Origin: an uncultured Acidobacteriota bacterium
GTDB lineage: Bacteria > Acidobacteriota > Blastocatellia > RBC074
Direction: 5' to 3'
Length of the DNA: 64,000 nucleotides
Assembly (NCBI GenBank): GCA_963796275.1
Contig: CAWCKY010000003.1
Coordinates: 1,600,001-1,664,000 of the forward strand
Positions 1-10,134 of this stretch are shown here, piece by piece. Every line of letters begins with the position of its first letter. Within the stretch, counting starts at the first letter, position 1. Both the position numbers and the translations under genes were made by a program. The notes beneath the pieces are model-generated. The model was not told the DNA's origin, did no database searches, and saw nothing but the letters and a program-made list of their open reading frames with translations.

Positions 1-1050
1 AGCATAATGACCGGTCGCATTCTCCCGCCTATCTCGGCGATCCTGCCTTTATGGTTGGTTCGAAGTATGGTCGGCTGGCGCGATACATTCGCCGTCTGGC
101 CGGCGCTCGCGGTCAGCGGTTTGTCGTTCGCCCTTATGCAGTTTTACTGGTCGAATTACCAGGACAACAGCCTGGTCGATGTTGTCGCCGCTCTCTTTTC
201 GCTGCTGGTGATGGTCGCTTTCCTGAAGTTCTGGAAGCCGGAAACGATGCTGGAGAATGCGACGGATAAAAGGCTAACCGTAAAGAGCCATTCGACCGCG
301 GCCGTTTTGAAAGGCTGGTCTCCATTCCTGCTCGCATCCGTCTTCATCTTCCTATTCGGGCTTCCCGCGATCAATAAACATCTGAGCTTCGATGCGTTGA
401 AGCAACCAATGCCACTACTGCATAATGCCGTGTTTAAGGTTCCGCCGGTGGCGCCGTCCCCGACGCCGGAGTCAGCGATCGCTGATGTAAATGTTATCGC
501 ACTGCCGGGCACTGCTATATTCATTGGCGCGCTCATCGCAGCGGTCTTACTCGGATTGCCGCTCGGCAAGACTTTAAAAATTCTCGGGCAAACGTTCAGA
601 GATTTAATCCCATCCTTGCTGGCGATCAGTTTTATGGTAGGTCTGGCGTTTATTACCCGTTATTCCGGCATGGACACAGTGATGGGATTGAGCCTGACGA
701 GGACGGGGGTGTTATACCCATTCTTCGGCACAATGCTCGGGTGGCTCGGTGTGGCGTTGACTGGAACCGATGCGGGATCGAATGCCCTCTTCGGAAATTT
801 GCAGAAGGTGACGGCGGAGCAATTGGGATTGAGCGCTGTCCTGATGACATCGGCGAATTCCGCGGGCGGTGTGATGGGCAAGATGATCGACGCTCAATCG
901 ATCGTCGTATCGAGCGCTGCGACACAGCAAGTCGGTAACGAAGCGGCTATTTTCAAGGCCGTCTTCAAACACAGCATAGTGCTTGCGAGCTTGATCGGGC
1001 TCATCGTAATGCTTTATGCGTTCGTGATCCCCTGGGTAATCCCTCAATAA
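1..1050 (+). CDS. lctP: L-lactate/glycolate permease (LctP family), 5' end outside window
   Basis: Multi-TM protein with LctP motifs GWLGVALTGTDAGSNALFG and ANSAGGVMGKMIDAQSI; frame is open from base 1. Confidence 0.9.
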   Translation, partial: SIMTGRILPPISAILPLWLVRSMVGWRDTFAVWPALAVSGLSFALMQFYWSNYQDNSLVDVVAALFSLLVMVAFLKFWKPETMLENATDKRLTVKSHSTAAVLKGWSPFLLASVFIFLFGLPAINKHLSFDALKQPMPLLHNAVFKVPPVAPSPTPESAIADVNVIALPGTAIFIGALIAAVLLGLPLGKTLKILGQTFRDLIPSLLAISFMVGLAFITRYSGMDTVMGLSLTRTGVLYPFFGTMLGWLGVALTGTDAGSNALFGNLQKVTAEQLGLSAVLMTSANSAGGVMGKMIDAQSIVVSSAATQQVGNEAAIFKAVFKHSIVLASLIGLIVMLYAFVIPWVIPQ

Positions 1051-1051
1051 A

Positions 1052-1522
1052 ATGGCTAAGCACAGCGCAGGAATATTGATGTACCGCCGCCGGCAGGGAA
1101 TTGTCGAGATACTGCTGGCGCATATGGGGGGCCCATTCTGGGCTAAGAAGGACCTGGGCGCCTGGTCGATTCCCAAAGGAGAGTTTGAGCCCGGTGAGGA
1201 GGTCCCGCTCGATGCAGCGAAACGCGAATTCGAAGAGGAGACGGGGCTAGCAGTAACCGGAGAGTTTATTCCGCTCACACCGATCAAACTCTCGGGCGGT
1301 AAGATCATCCACGCCTGGGCGGTCGAGGGCGACTGCGATGCCTCATCGATCAAGAGTAATACTTTTATGCTCGAATGGCCGCCTCGATCGGGCAAACAGC
1401 AGGCATTTCCCGAGATCGATCGCGCCGAGTGGTTTTCGCTCGATGAAGCTAAGGAGAAAGTTACCAAAGGACAACGCGGGTTGATCGAGGCATTGCGCCG
1501 GATTCTCAGGGAAGAGAATTGA
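1052..1522 (+). CDS. NUDIX hydrolase (COG4119-like)
   Basis: Nudix box PKGE...AAKREFEEETG, plus GGPFW and FPEIDRAEWF. Confidence 0.9.
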   Translation: MAKHSAGILMYRRRQGIVEILLAHMGGPFWAKKDLGAWSIPKGEFEPGEEVPLDAAKREFEEETGLAVTGEFIPLTPIKLSGGKIIHAWAVEGDCDASSIKSNTFMLEWPPRSGKQQAFPEIDRAEWFSLDEAKEKVTKGQRGLIEALRRILREEN

Positions 1523-1607
1523 AAACGGATCGCCATCGCGAGCGGTGTCGAGCGAATATCTACTGAAAACCCGCTCGCTTGAATACCCGCTCGCTACCGT
1601 CTTTGAT

Positions 1608-3233
1608 TCATATCTCTCCCTGCTTTCGCTGCTGTGCGATATAACGAGCGCTGCGGACTGCCAGCGCTGCGATCGTCAACGTCGGGTTCTTTTCGGGAAA
1701 TGTCGTAAAACAACTTCCATCGACCACGAAGAGGTTTTTGATTTCGTGTGTTTGGCAATATGAATTCAATACCGAAGCCTTCGGCTCCTTGCCCATCCGA
1801 CATGTGCCGACCTCGTGGCTCGCGAATCCGGACGGACGCTCATCGCCTTTCAAAACCATCTCTACGCCAAGAGTATCGAGGACTTCATAAACGCTCTCGC
1901 GCATATCCTTGAAAAGTTTCAGATCGTTTTCGCTCCATTTGAAATTGACGATCGGGATGGGAATCCCGAACTTATCGAGTTTCTTCGGATCGACCGTCAC
2001 ACGGTTGTCGAAGCGTTGCTCGACTTTGCCGAAGGCGCCGATTTGAAACATCGCCGGCTGCAACTCGCGTACGTATTTTTTGTATGATGAACCGAAACCT
2101 CGCGCCGAACGGGCGTGATGCGGCCACATCCAATTGGCATAGTTCAGCTGCATGCCGTAGCCGCCGGTATAGTCTTTTTTACCCCTCGTCTGGTTGAAGC
2201 GCGGTATGTACGCGTGATCGGTCATTCCATCGCCGGTGAATATGTCGGCCCCGACCAGGTCTTTCAAGTAACCTGTTGCGCCGTTGACGACGTGGCCCCC
2301 GAGATAGCGGCCGACCAGATCGTTGCCGTTCGCGAGCCCGTTGGGATATTTCTCGCAAGCCGAGTTGAGCAGCAATCGAGCCGATTCGATGGAAGCGCAG
2401 CTCACGATGACGATGCGCGCACGGATCTCTTCTTCTTTCCCCGTTTCGCGATCGATAAGCGAGACCGCAGAAGCGAGCCCATCTTTGTTGATGAGGATTT
2501 TTCTCGCCAGCGCGTTCAGTCGAAGCGTGAGCTTGCCGGTCGCCATGGCTTTCGGAATAACAGTGACATCGCTTGACCAGACTGCCCGCACATCGCAAAC
2601 ATCCATACAGTGACCGCAGTAATGGCAGGCGCCGCGATCTTTCCGCCCGCTGAGTAACACGGCTTTGCGGGTGGGGATGAGTTTGATGCCGATCCTGTCG
2701 AGTTTCTTCTGGGCGATGACTTCAGAACAGCGCAGACGCGGTGATTGTGCGACGAAATTACCGTCCGGCAAATCTGCCAAACCTTCGCGCGTCCCGTAGA
2801 CGTGCATCTCACGCTCGACGTAATCGTAATATGGCGACAGCTCCTCATAACTGATCGGCCAGTCCTCCTCGAAGCCGGAGCGGGATTTTTCGCGAAGATC
2901 ATTGGCCGAGAAGCGAAAGCAGGCCGCATTCCAGTGAAAGGTCCGGCCTCCCAGCGTCCGGATGCGATCAACGCCGATCCGGTCGCCGCGATATTCAATC
3001 TCTCGTGAGATGTTGTCCTGGTAGAGTGATGCCTGCTTATGCAGTCCGAATCCGCGCTTCGGCAGATCGTATGGCCAATCGTGGATGTAGAGGTCCTCGG
3101 GTTTGCCCCTGCTTCCAGCTTCGAGCAGGATCGTCTCTGCCCCGGCAGCCGTCAACTCTTGCGCGACGAAACCTCCTGCCGCGCCGGAGCCGATAATGCA
3201 AACGTCGTATATTTTTTGCTTTACTGTGTTCAT
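1608..3233 (-). CDS. GMC family FAD-dependent oxidoreductase
   Basis: N-terminal GSGAAG FAD motif, CHYCGHCMDVC Fe-S motif, C-terminal HEVGTCRMG and NPTLTI. Confidence 0.92.
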   Translation of the reverse strand: MNTVKQKIYDVCIIGSGAAGGFVAQELTAAGAETILLEAGSRGKPEDLYIHDWPYDLPKRGFGLHKQASLYQDNISREIEYRGDRIGVDRIRTLGGRTFHWNAACFRFSANDLREKSRSGFEEDWPISYEELSPYYDYVEREMHVYGTREGLADLPDGNFVAQSPRLRCSEVIAQKKLDRIGIKLIPTRKAVLLSGRKDRGACHYCGHCMDVCDVRAVWSSDVTVIPKAMATGKLTLRLNALARKILINKDGLASAVSLIDRETGKEEEIRARIVIVSCASIESARLLLNSACEKYPNGLANGNDLVGRYLGGHVVNGATGYLKDLVGADIFTGDGMTDHAYIPRFNQTRGKKDYTGGYGMQLNYANWMWPHHARSARGFGSSYKKYVRELQPAMFQIGAFGKVEQRFDNRVTVDPKKLDKFGIPIPIVNFKWSENDLKLFKDMRESVYEVLDTLGVEMVLKGDERPSGFASHEVGTCRMGKEPKASVLNSYCQTHEIKNLFVVDGSCFTTFPEKNPTLTIAALAVRSARYIAQQRKQGEI

Positions 3234-3249
3234 AAAGTGGAACTCGAAT

Positions 3250-3335
3250 TACCGCAAGAGGTGAGGCGCAGAGGTTAACGATAATCACAGTGAAACGGCT
3301 GCGCCGCCTCAAAGTTCATCGCGCCTCTGTGATGA
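3250..3335. repeat. Imperfect intergenic palindrome (purine-rich/pyrimidine-rich arm type)
   Basis: gaggtgaggcgcagagg pairs imperfectly with ctgcgccgcctc and gcgcctctgtg. Confidence 0.45.
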
Positions 3336-3390
3336 ATGGCATTTAACGCCGGAGCTATATTCTATCAGTGCCTTCGGGGGGCAGAGTTCA

Positions 3391-3965
3391 ACCGCCTGAA
3401 GGCGGAACTCCGAACTTCGCGTTTGGAGTTCCGCGTTTACGCGGTCTTTATCTTTCGGATGATTTCCCGACCGCCTGAAGGCGGAACTCCGAACTTCGCG
3501 TTTGGAGTTCCGCGTTTACGCGGTCTTTATCTTTCGGATGATTTCCCGACCGCCTGAAGGCGGAACTCCGAACTTCGCGTTTGGAGTTCCGCGTTTACGC
3601 GGTCTTTATCTTTCGGATGATTCCCGACCGCCTGAAAGGCGGAACTCTGAACTTCGCGTTTGGAGTTCCGCGTTTACGCGGTCTTTATCTTTCGGATGAT
3701 TCCCGACCGTCTGAAGGCGGAACTCCGAACTTCGCGTTTGGAGTTCCGCGTTTACGCGGTCTTTATCTTTCGGATGATTTCCCGACCGCCTGAAGGCGGA
3801 ACTCCGAACTTCGCGTTTGGAGTTCCGCGTTTACGCGGTCTTTATCTTTCGGATGATTCCCGACCGCCTGAAGGCGGAACTCCGAACTTCGCGTTTGGAG
3901 TTCCGCGTTTACGCGGTCTTTATCTTTCGGATGATTCCCGACCGCCTGAAGGCGGAACTCCAAAC
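3391..3965. repeat. Tandem array of 7 full and 1 partial 78-79 bp units, each with two inverted REP-like palindromes (BIME-like)
   Basis: Units start at 3391, 3470, 3549, 3627, 3706, 3785, 3863 and 3941. Unit ACCGCCTGAAGGCGGAACTCCGAACTTCGCGTTTGGAGTTCCGCGTTTACGCGGTCTTTATCTTTCGGATGATT(T)CCCG; no unique spacers. Confidence 0.95.
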
Positions 3966-3983
3966 GGGAAGGATATCTTGCCG

Positions 3984-5187
3984 CTATTGCCTGACAAAAA
4001 CGTACACTCCCTTTTTATTTGACGTCACAATATCCGGCCGCTTGTCATTGTTGATGTCTGCCACGACGAATTGAGTCCCGACACCCGAGTCGTTATCGAT
4101 CTCGTGCTTGATCCATACGACTTCTTTGCCTTTTCGTTGTAATTCAAACCAGACGATTACTGCGGGATCACCCGGATTCACATCTCCTTTCGGACCGTGA
4201 GCCCAAAACCGCTTTCCGGTGATGAGGTCTTTTAATCCATCGCCGTTGATGTCCGCTAGTTCGAGCGCGTGCGATTGCGAAAAGCTGGTATCGATAGTGT
4301 GAGGGGTGAATTCGGTCCCGCCTTCGGGGTTTCTTCTCTGCTCGTGCCACCAGACGCCGATACCGTGCGCTGAGCTGCTCAAGACGTCGGCCAGACCATC
4401 GGCATTTACGTCATAAACGTGCATCTGTGCGCAGTCTTCTCCGAGGTTCGCGGGCACAAACTTCCACGGGCTTTTGCCCTGATTTGGGGGCGACACCCAG
4501 TAACCGGTTCTGATGATGATGTCGTTGCGCTTGTCGCCGTTGATGTCGCCAGCGCCCAGACCGTGGGAATAGCGAAATACCCCATGATCCTTGGCTTTCT
4601 CTTTGGGGATAGTATCGCTGATGGGATGAGCGATAAATTCAGCCAGCGGGTCTTGGGCGGGCTCGTACCATGCCATTTGCGAATCATCGAACGAGAAGAT
4701 GAAGGCCCGTTTGTCACCGAATAACGGTGCGAATGTGGGGCTTTCATTACAGGCATTGCGGAAGATCGTATGTTCGGGCCAGTGGGAATTCTTGCCCTTG
4801 GGATTTTCGTGCCAGACTACCCGGTGAGTGCCGGGCATGTCCACGCGGTATCTGGTCCGGCCAACCGTCGCGATTTATGTCAGCAGCGAAGTTGACGAAA
4901 CTGTTGCTATAACCCTTGGCTGCATCGAATTGTCGGACAGGCTGGATCTCGCGCGGCGTCCAGTCCGGAGCCTCATACCAGAGATTGCCGGCGATTACGT
5001 CGGTTTTGCCGTCTTTATTGAAATCGGCGACGGCTACGCCTTCCGAACGAAAATCGCGATCTAGGATGATCTTCTTAAATCTGACGTCAGTCGGCATCTC
5101 GATCGAAGCGTTGATCGACCGGGTTGGATTAGACAGCGCGGCCAGTGCTAAGAATATGGCGTAGAACGCGGGACGAGCTATTCTCAT
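3984..5187 (-). CDS. Secreted FG-GAP/VCBS repeat beta-propeller protein (one frameshift near 4848)
   Basis: ORFs 4747..5187 and 3984..4844 join as DGWPDQI-RVDMPG; signal peptide; repeated D(I/F/V)NxDGxxD motifs. Confidence 0.85.
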
Positions 5188-5220
5188 CGATTTTTCTCCT
5201 AGCCGGACAATTGAATAGAT

Positions 5221-6444
5221 TTACTTCAATTCGAGAATATGTTTGCTGACCACATCGGTATATGACTGATAACCGTCGTTCGCGTGCTCCTTGACGAAAC
5301 TATCTATGGTCTGCAGGAGCTGTGTGCTGTAATAACCGTTAACCGATTGCGGATGCGGATATCCCCAGGTGCCATTGAAATAGCTGCGGATGATCACGCT
5401 CTTCTCGCTGCGGGGCAGGAGCTTGATATTCGCGGCGAAGCGGTCGAAGTCGTCCCCGCGCATCAGGTAAAACTCGACGTTGGAAGTATAGAAGGCCGAG
5501 ACGCGCTCGCCGCGGGCAGCGAGGTATTGCGCAATGTTCTTTAAGGCATTATCGCCGGCAAGGTTACCCACCACCGGGACGACCAGGTTACGGTCCTCCA
5601 GCGATTTGAGAAACTGGAAGTCTCCCTCGGCAGCGAGATAGTTGCCCTGCTTCCCCGTCAAATCCTTCTCGAGCAAAAGATCGCGGTAGCTCGGATAGTA
5701 ATAGCGCGGGGGACGGTTGCGGCTGGTGAACTTGAGGTCGGGGCCGGCATCGAAAAATGCTGCGTGAATGCGCCGGATAGTTTCATATTCCAGCGCCTCG
5801 AGTTTGACCCCTAAACCCTTCACTTTATTTTGAATGTTCGTGTTTGTCTGCTCGAACAGTTCGCGCTTCGCCGGAGTTTTGTCGAGATAAGCGATGATCT
5901 GCTGAATATTGCGCGAATCCCACGCCTTTAAATCCGCCGGCACAGGCTTGCCGAAGAGCAGGCAAAGGTACTCTATCCGGCTGCGCGAGAGCGCAAAGAG
6001 CGATTTAAAGAGCAGGTGCTGCAGCAAATTGTCGCGGCGGATATCTACGATGAATACGATCTCCGGCCGGATCTGAGCGATGTAGGAGAAATTCTGATCC
6101 GGACCGACACCGATGTACGCGCCACCTGATACATTCATATTTCGCATTTTCCCCAGCACGTGCAGGTAGGACGCCTCGTTCGATATCAAATTATCAGTGT
6201 CAAAATAACCGTTGGATTCGGAGGATTTTTCAATGAGCTGAGTGAACTGATCTCTGGTAAGAGCGCCCTCGGCAGCCTTTACCGGATTGATGGTGCGATT
6301 ACTCGAATGGATTTCAGTCTGCTCCGACTGCTCCGACTGCCCCGATTGTCTATTTGGCTTCTCTTGTTGAAACTCTGTCTGGGCGAAGTGTGACGATTGT
6401 GTTAGCGCGCACAGAATTAAAATGAGAAGCGATGTTTTTCTCAA
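5221..6444 (-). CDS. Exported protein of unknown function with SAM-transferase-like motifs
   Basis: 407-aa ORF, GGAGG RBS before TTG start, signal peptide, motifs GGAYIGVGPDQNF and FIVDIRRDNLL. Confidence 0.75.
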   Translation of the reverse strand: MRKTSLLILILCALTQSSHFAQTEFQQEKPNRQSGQSEQSEQTEIHSSNRTINPVKAAEGALTRDQFTQLIEKSSESNGYFDTDNLISNEASYLHVLGKMRNMNVSGGAYIGVGPDQNFSYIAQIRPEIVFIVDIRRDNLLQHLLFKSLFALSRSRIEYLCLLFGKPVPADLKAWDSRNIQQIIAYLDKTPAKRELFEQTNTNIQNKVKGLGVKLEALEYETIRRIHAAFFDAGPDLKFTSRNRPPRYYYPSYRDLLLEKDLTGKQGNYLAAEGDFQFLKSLEDRNLVVPVVGNLAGDNALKNIAQYLAARGERVSAFYTSNVEFYLMRGDDFDRFAANIKLLPRSEKSVIIRSYFNGTWGYPHPQSVNGYYSTQLLQTIDSFVKEHANDGYQSYTDVVSKHILELK

Positions 6445-6464
6445 GATCGAGCCCTCCCAGAGAT

Positions 6465-6570
6465 GATTGATAATGGATAATGAAAAGTAAGAGTTTGCCT
6501 AAAAAGCAATTTCACACTATCAACTATCCATCATCGACCATCGACCATCGTTTATCAAGTATCGATTTCC
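6465..6570. repeat. Degenerate heptamer-built inverted repeat (TTGATAA / CTATCAA-CCATCGA)
   Basis: gattgataatggataatgaaa followed by ctatcaactatccatcatcgaccatcgaccatcg. Confidence 0.6.
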
Positions 6571-6578
6571 CTCCGCCG

Positions 6579-7778
6579 CTACTGATGCTGTTCAATTGCT
6601 TTTGCCTCCCAGATCAATTCATCGCGCCAATGGTTTTTCATCAAATAAGGCGCGTATTCGCGCTCACCCTTGATGAAATAACCGAGGAAAGCGGCGCTAT
6701 ATGAATTGATGATTTTATAGGTCAGCTCCATAGAAGAGTAATTGAACGTCTCGCCTGTCTTGTGCCGTTTGCCTTGTCCGATGCCGTCACCATAGGTCCC
6801 GCTGATCTTGAAAATATCGGAGAATGAGTAATGCCCGCCGTTCTTCATTTCTACCATCAGCGCGGAGCCGGTGTGCTTGGCATAATTCGCGCGGATTCGT
6901 TCATTGCCGGTAACTCCGATCGTTCGGTCTTCCGTGCCCAGCATATAAAGAGTTGGGACCGTGAGATTTGTGTGAGTTTCCGGTGCGCCCGTCATCGCAA
7001 TCACGGCTTTAAATCGCGGATCGAGATCGGCCACGCGAATCGCTGTCATTGAGCCGAAGGACATCCCCGCGGCCACGGTTTTGCTTATATCGATCTTGCC
7101 GGAGAACCGGCTATCCGCTCCGCCATTCCATAAGCTCATCTGATCGAGCAGAAAGATCATGTCCTTCGGACGATCGACTACTGAATTGACTCTTTCATTC
7201 TGCTGGAAAAAGACCGGCTTGCCTTTGATGATGGCGAGCGCCGAATTTCCCGTATGGTCAGCTGAGACTATGATATAGCCGTGACTCGCCAGATAATCGC
7301 ACCAGAAGGTGCTCTGGTTTCGAATAGATCGGTTTCCATGAGAGAAGATGATCAGGGGGAATTTACCATCCCGGACGCGCGCATCGCGGACAGCGTCGTT
7401 GATGAATATCTTATCGATTTCATTCAACGGTTTTTTGAATGCCGCTTTGATCAACGTCTCCAATTGAGGCGTGGGCCCGCCAGGAAGGAAGTTGGAAAAT
7501 TTATTCTTGGGAAGCTTACGGGCGTCGTCGGTCGCCGGATACCATATCTCTGTGACCAGCGTCCGATCCTCTTTGGTGTAGGCATCTTTCCTCTGATGAT
7601 CGACGAAAACGGTCGTCGTCACTCCAACCGGATAAGGTCCGGCAGAGGCGGGATTAAATATATTGTTCGCAGCGCCCGATGCACCCGATGATAATGTAGT
7701 GGTGGATGCAATCACGATCAAGATCGTCGCAATTAAATAGTTCATTATGTGCCTCCTCATTATTGATCTCCTTCTCAA
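6579..7778 (-). CDS. Secreted alpha/beta hydrolase (PAF-acetylhydrolase/dienelactone hydrolase-like); true start may be about 7745-7757
   Basis: GPYPVG, EIWYPA, FPLIIFSHG, nucleophile elbow GMSFG, GTED and GHYSFSD. Confidence 0.85.
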   Translation of the reverse strand: MRRRSIMRRHIMNYLIATILIVIASTTTLSSGASGAANNIFNPASAGPYPVGVTTTVFVDHQRKDAYTKEDRTLVTEIWYPATDDARKLPKNKFSNFLPGGPTPQLETLIKAAFKKPLNEIDKIFINDAVRDARVRDGKFPLIIFSHGNRSIRNQSTFWCDYLASHGYIIVSADHTGNSALAIIKGKPVFFQQNERVNSVVDRPKDMIFLLDQMSLWNGGADSRFSGKIDISKTVAAGMSFGSMTAIRVADLDPRFKAVIAMTGAPETHTNLTVPTLYMLGTEDRTIGVTGNERIRANYAKHTGSALMVEMKNGGHYSFSDIFKISGTYGDGIGQGKRHKTGETFNYSSMELTYKIINSYSAAFLGYFIKGEREYAPYLMKNHWRDELIWEAKAIEQHQ

Positions 7779-8013
7779 TCATGAGTGATTTCAGTAATAT
7801 TTCAGTGCGGACGATTTAAGCATAGATCGCCCCATGCTAACAAAAGCAAATTGATATTATTAAATTGTTCAATTATATGTCGTAAGGTTTCATTATGGGC
7901 GACTCATTAAACGAAGAAAAATCAGGGAAGACGGTGTTAATCTGTCCACCCTTTTGATATCGGTAGGAATTAGAAGACCTACCGACATTTTAGGAGGAAG
8001 CCAAGGAATAAGG

Positions 8014-8751
8014 ATGAGTAAGAATACGGCGACGAGTAGAAGCAGAGCGGCGGAAGGTATGAAAACATTATCAATCGATATCGGTGGGTCACGCTTGAAA
8101 GCTACGGTTCTCGATGAAGTCGGAGAGATGCTTACCGATCGCGTGCGTACCGACACGCCGGTCCCTTGCCCGCCGGAAGTCCTCTTAAACGCACTCAAGG
8201 ATCTGGTTGCGCAACTGCCTCTATTCGACCGAATCTCAGTTGGATTTCCGGGCGTTGTACGCAAAGGGAAAGTATTCGGCGCGATCAATCTCGGAGGTCA
8301 ATACTGGCAGGGGTATGATCTGGAGAAGGCGCTGGAGCAGCAATTCGGTAAGCCCGCCCGTGTGCTCAATGATGCGGACATGCAGGGATTGGCCGCAATC
8401 AGGGGTAAGGGAATAGAGATGGTGATCACGCTCGGAACCGGCGTCGGCTGCGGCATGTTCGAAGACGGCCGGCTCGCGCCCCATCTGGAGATCGGCCACA
8501 TCCCTTTCCGTAACGACGAAACATTCGAGGAGCAACTGGGTAATCGCGCATTGGTGGATGTCGGAAAGAAGCGTTGGAATCGCAGGCTTCAACGCGCGAT
8601 CAGATACTGGCGTATCCTGACCTTTTTCGACAAGCTCTATCTCGGGGGAGGCAATGCCGGACAGATCAGCTTCGATCTCGACCCCGACGTCGAGATCGTC
8701 TCGAATGAATTGGGCATGAAAGGCGGGATATGGTTGTGGAAAGATAGATGA
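8014..8751 (+). CDS. ROK family sugar kinase (polyphosphate glucokinase-like)
   Basis: SIDIGGS, VGFPGVV, LNDADMQG, TLGTGVG, HLEIGH and LGGGN. Confidence 0.88.
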   Translation: MSKNTATSRSRAAEGMKTLSIDIGGSRLKATVLDEVGEMLTDRVRTDTPVPCPPEVLLNALKDLVAQLPLFDRISVGFPGVVRKGKVFGAINLGGQYWQGYDLEKALEQQFGKPARVLNDADMQGLAAIRGKGIEMVITLGTGVGCGMFEDGRLAPHLEIGHIPFRNDETFEEQLGNRALVDVGKKRWNRRLQRAIRYWRILTFFDKLYLGGGNAGQISFDLDPDVEIVSNELGMKGGIWLWKDR

Positions 8752-8768
8752 CCGCGGATAAAAGATGG

Positions 8769-8822
8769 AACGGGGCAACGGAGCAACGGAGCAACGGGGC
8801 AACGGGGGGCAACGGGGGCAAG
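8769..8822 (+). repeat. Short tandem repeat (AACGG(A/G)GC) x about 6
   Basis: aacggggc aacggagc aacggagc aacggggc aacggggggc aacgggggc. Confidence 0.85.
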
Positions 8823-9051
8823 GGATGGAGAAGAGGCGAGGTGCCCGCCGGGTATGAAGCGGCAGCGATGATAATTTCCCGGACTGCCAAAAATTTATTG
8901 AGATAAATCGATCCGATTAGAACCTCACGTAGAGTAATAGTCAGAGGGATAGTGAGCGACTTCCCTGGAATGCATCAAGAGAAACATAGAAAAGAGAAAC
9001 AAAGAGAAACAAAGGAATCATAAAAGGGATACAAAATGCCAGCGATCGGTT

Positions 9052-9148
9052 TATCGCACCTCTACAGAGCCTGACGACTTGCTTAGCGCCCACCCTGGCT
9101 GCGGCTCCGCTACGCCACTGGCTATTATCTTAATGCACCGTCGGAGCT
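9052..9148. mobile_element. Degenerate half copy of the MITE-like element at 50674..50884
   Basis: Aligns by eye with the right arm (cgctacgccactggctattatctta vs cgctacacccctggctcttttattta). Confidence 0.55.
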
Positions 9149-9276
9149 ACCGAGAAGCAGCGCGCAATCGCCCAACGGAGGCGGATTTAACGTTATGTGA
9201 ATTGCCATCGGAATCGCAACGCCTCCATCTCAGGTCGCCTGGTCGCTCGATATCACGGTTTTCAATTTGATTTCAT

Positions 9277-10134
9277 ATGCCGCTTTACCTTGTCGCAACA
9301 CCGATCGGCAATCGCGAAGACATTACACTTCGTGCTCTTCGTGTACTCAAAGAGGTCGATTTGATCGCGTGCGAAGACACGCGCCATACGCGGCGGTTGC
9401 TTGATCACTTCGGCATCAGCAAGCCGACGATCAGTTACCACGAGCACAATGAACAGGCGCGGGCGGCCGAGTTGGTGGAACGATTGCTCGCAGGTGAGAA
9501 TATCGCACTGGTGACCGACGCGGGCACGCCGGGGATATCAGATCCGGCTTACCGAATCGTAAAAGCGGCGATCGAGCGGTCCGTTCAGTTGATCCCGATT
9601 CCGGGAGCGTCGGCAGTGATAGCAGCACTCATCGCATCCGGCCTGCCGACCGATACGTTCAAATTCACGGGCTTTCTTCCGCATAAAAAAGCGGCGCGCC
9701 GTAAACTGTTGGAAGAATTGAAAGGGGAGCGGGCGACCCTCGTGTTTTACGAAGCGCCTCATAGGATTCGTGAAACGCTGGTCGATGCCCGGGAGACTTT
9801 GGGGGACCGCGAAGGCGTCCTGGCTCGCGAGCTGACCAAAATGCACGAGCAATTTATTCGCGGCACGCTGGCGGCAATCAGCGAGCGGGTTGCCGCGGAA
9901 CATCCCCGCGGCGAAATGACGCTTGTCATTGCCGGAAACCGCGATGATAATTTGCCGAAGGCTCATGATCTTTCAATAGGCGATGATGTCGAGCGTTTGA
10001 TGCGCGATGAAGGCTTATCCAGGTCTGATGCGATTAAACTTGCCGCGCGATCGCGCGGATTGACGAAACGACAGGCATATCAATTGTTGCTGGCTGAGAG
10101 AGGAGCGAATGACAACTATGACGATGCGGATTGA
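9277..10134 (+). CDS. rsmI: 16S rRNA (cytidine1402-2'-O)-methyltransferase
   Basis: LYLVATPIGN, ACEDTR, DAGTPGISDP, FYEAPHR and ARELTKMHE. Confidence 0.97.
   Translation: MPLYLVATPIGNREDITLRALRVLKEVDLIACEDTRHTRRLLDHFGISKPTISYHEHNEQARAAELVERLLAGENIALVTDAGTPGISDPAYRIVKAAIERSVQLIPIPGASAVIAALIASGLPTDTFKFTGFLPHKKAARRKLLEELKGERATLVFYEAPHRIRETLVDARETLGDREGVLARELTKMHEQFIRGTLAAISERVAAEHPRGEMTLVIAGNRDDNLPKAHDLSIGDDVERLMRDEGLSRSDAIKLAARSRGLTKRQAYQLLLAERGANDNYDDAD

Noticed and set aside
3391-3965. CRISPR array
   Set aside because: Units are fully repeated with no unique spacers, and there are no cas genes in the window
3336-4074. Repetitive short ORFs (PPEGGTPN / RLKAELRT peptides)
   Set aside because: They are translations of the REP-like array, with frames switching at 78/79-bp unit indels
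8975-9035. AGAGAAACAA repeats as a functional element
   Set aside because: Short, degenerate, no inverted partner, and nothing supports a function
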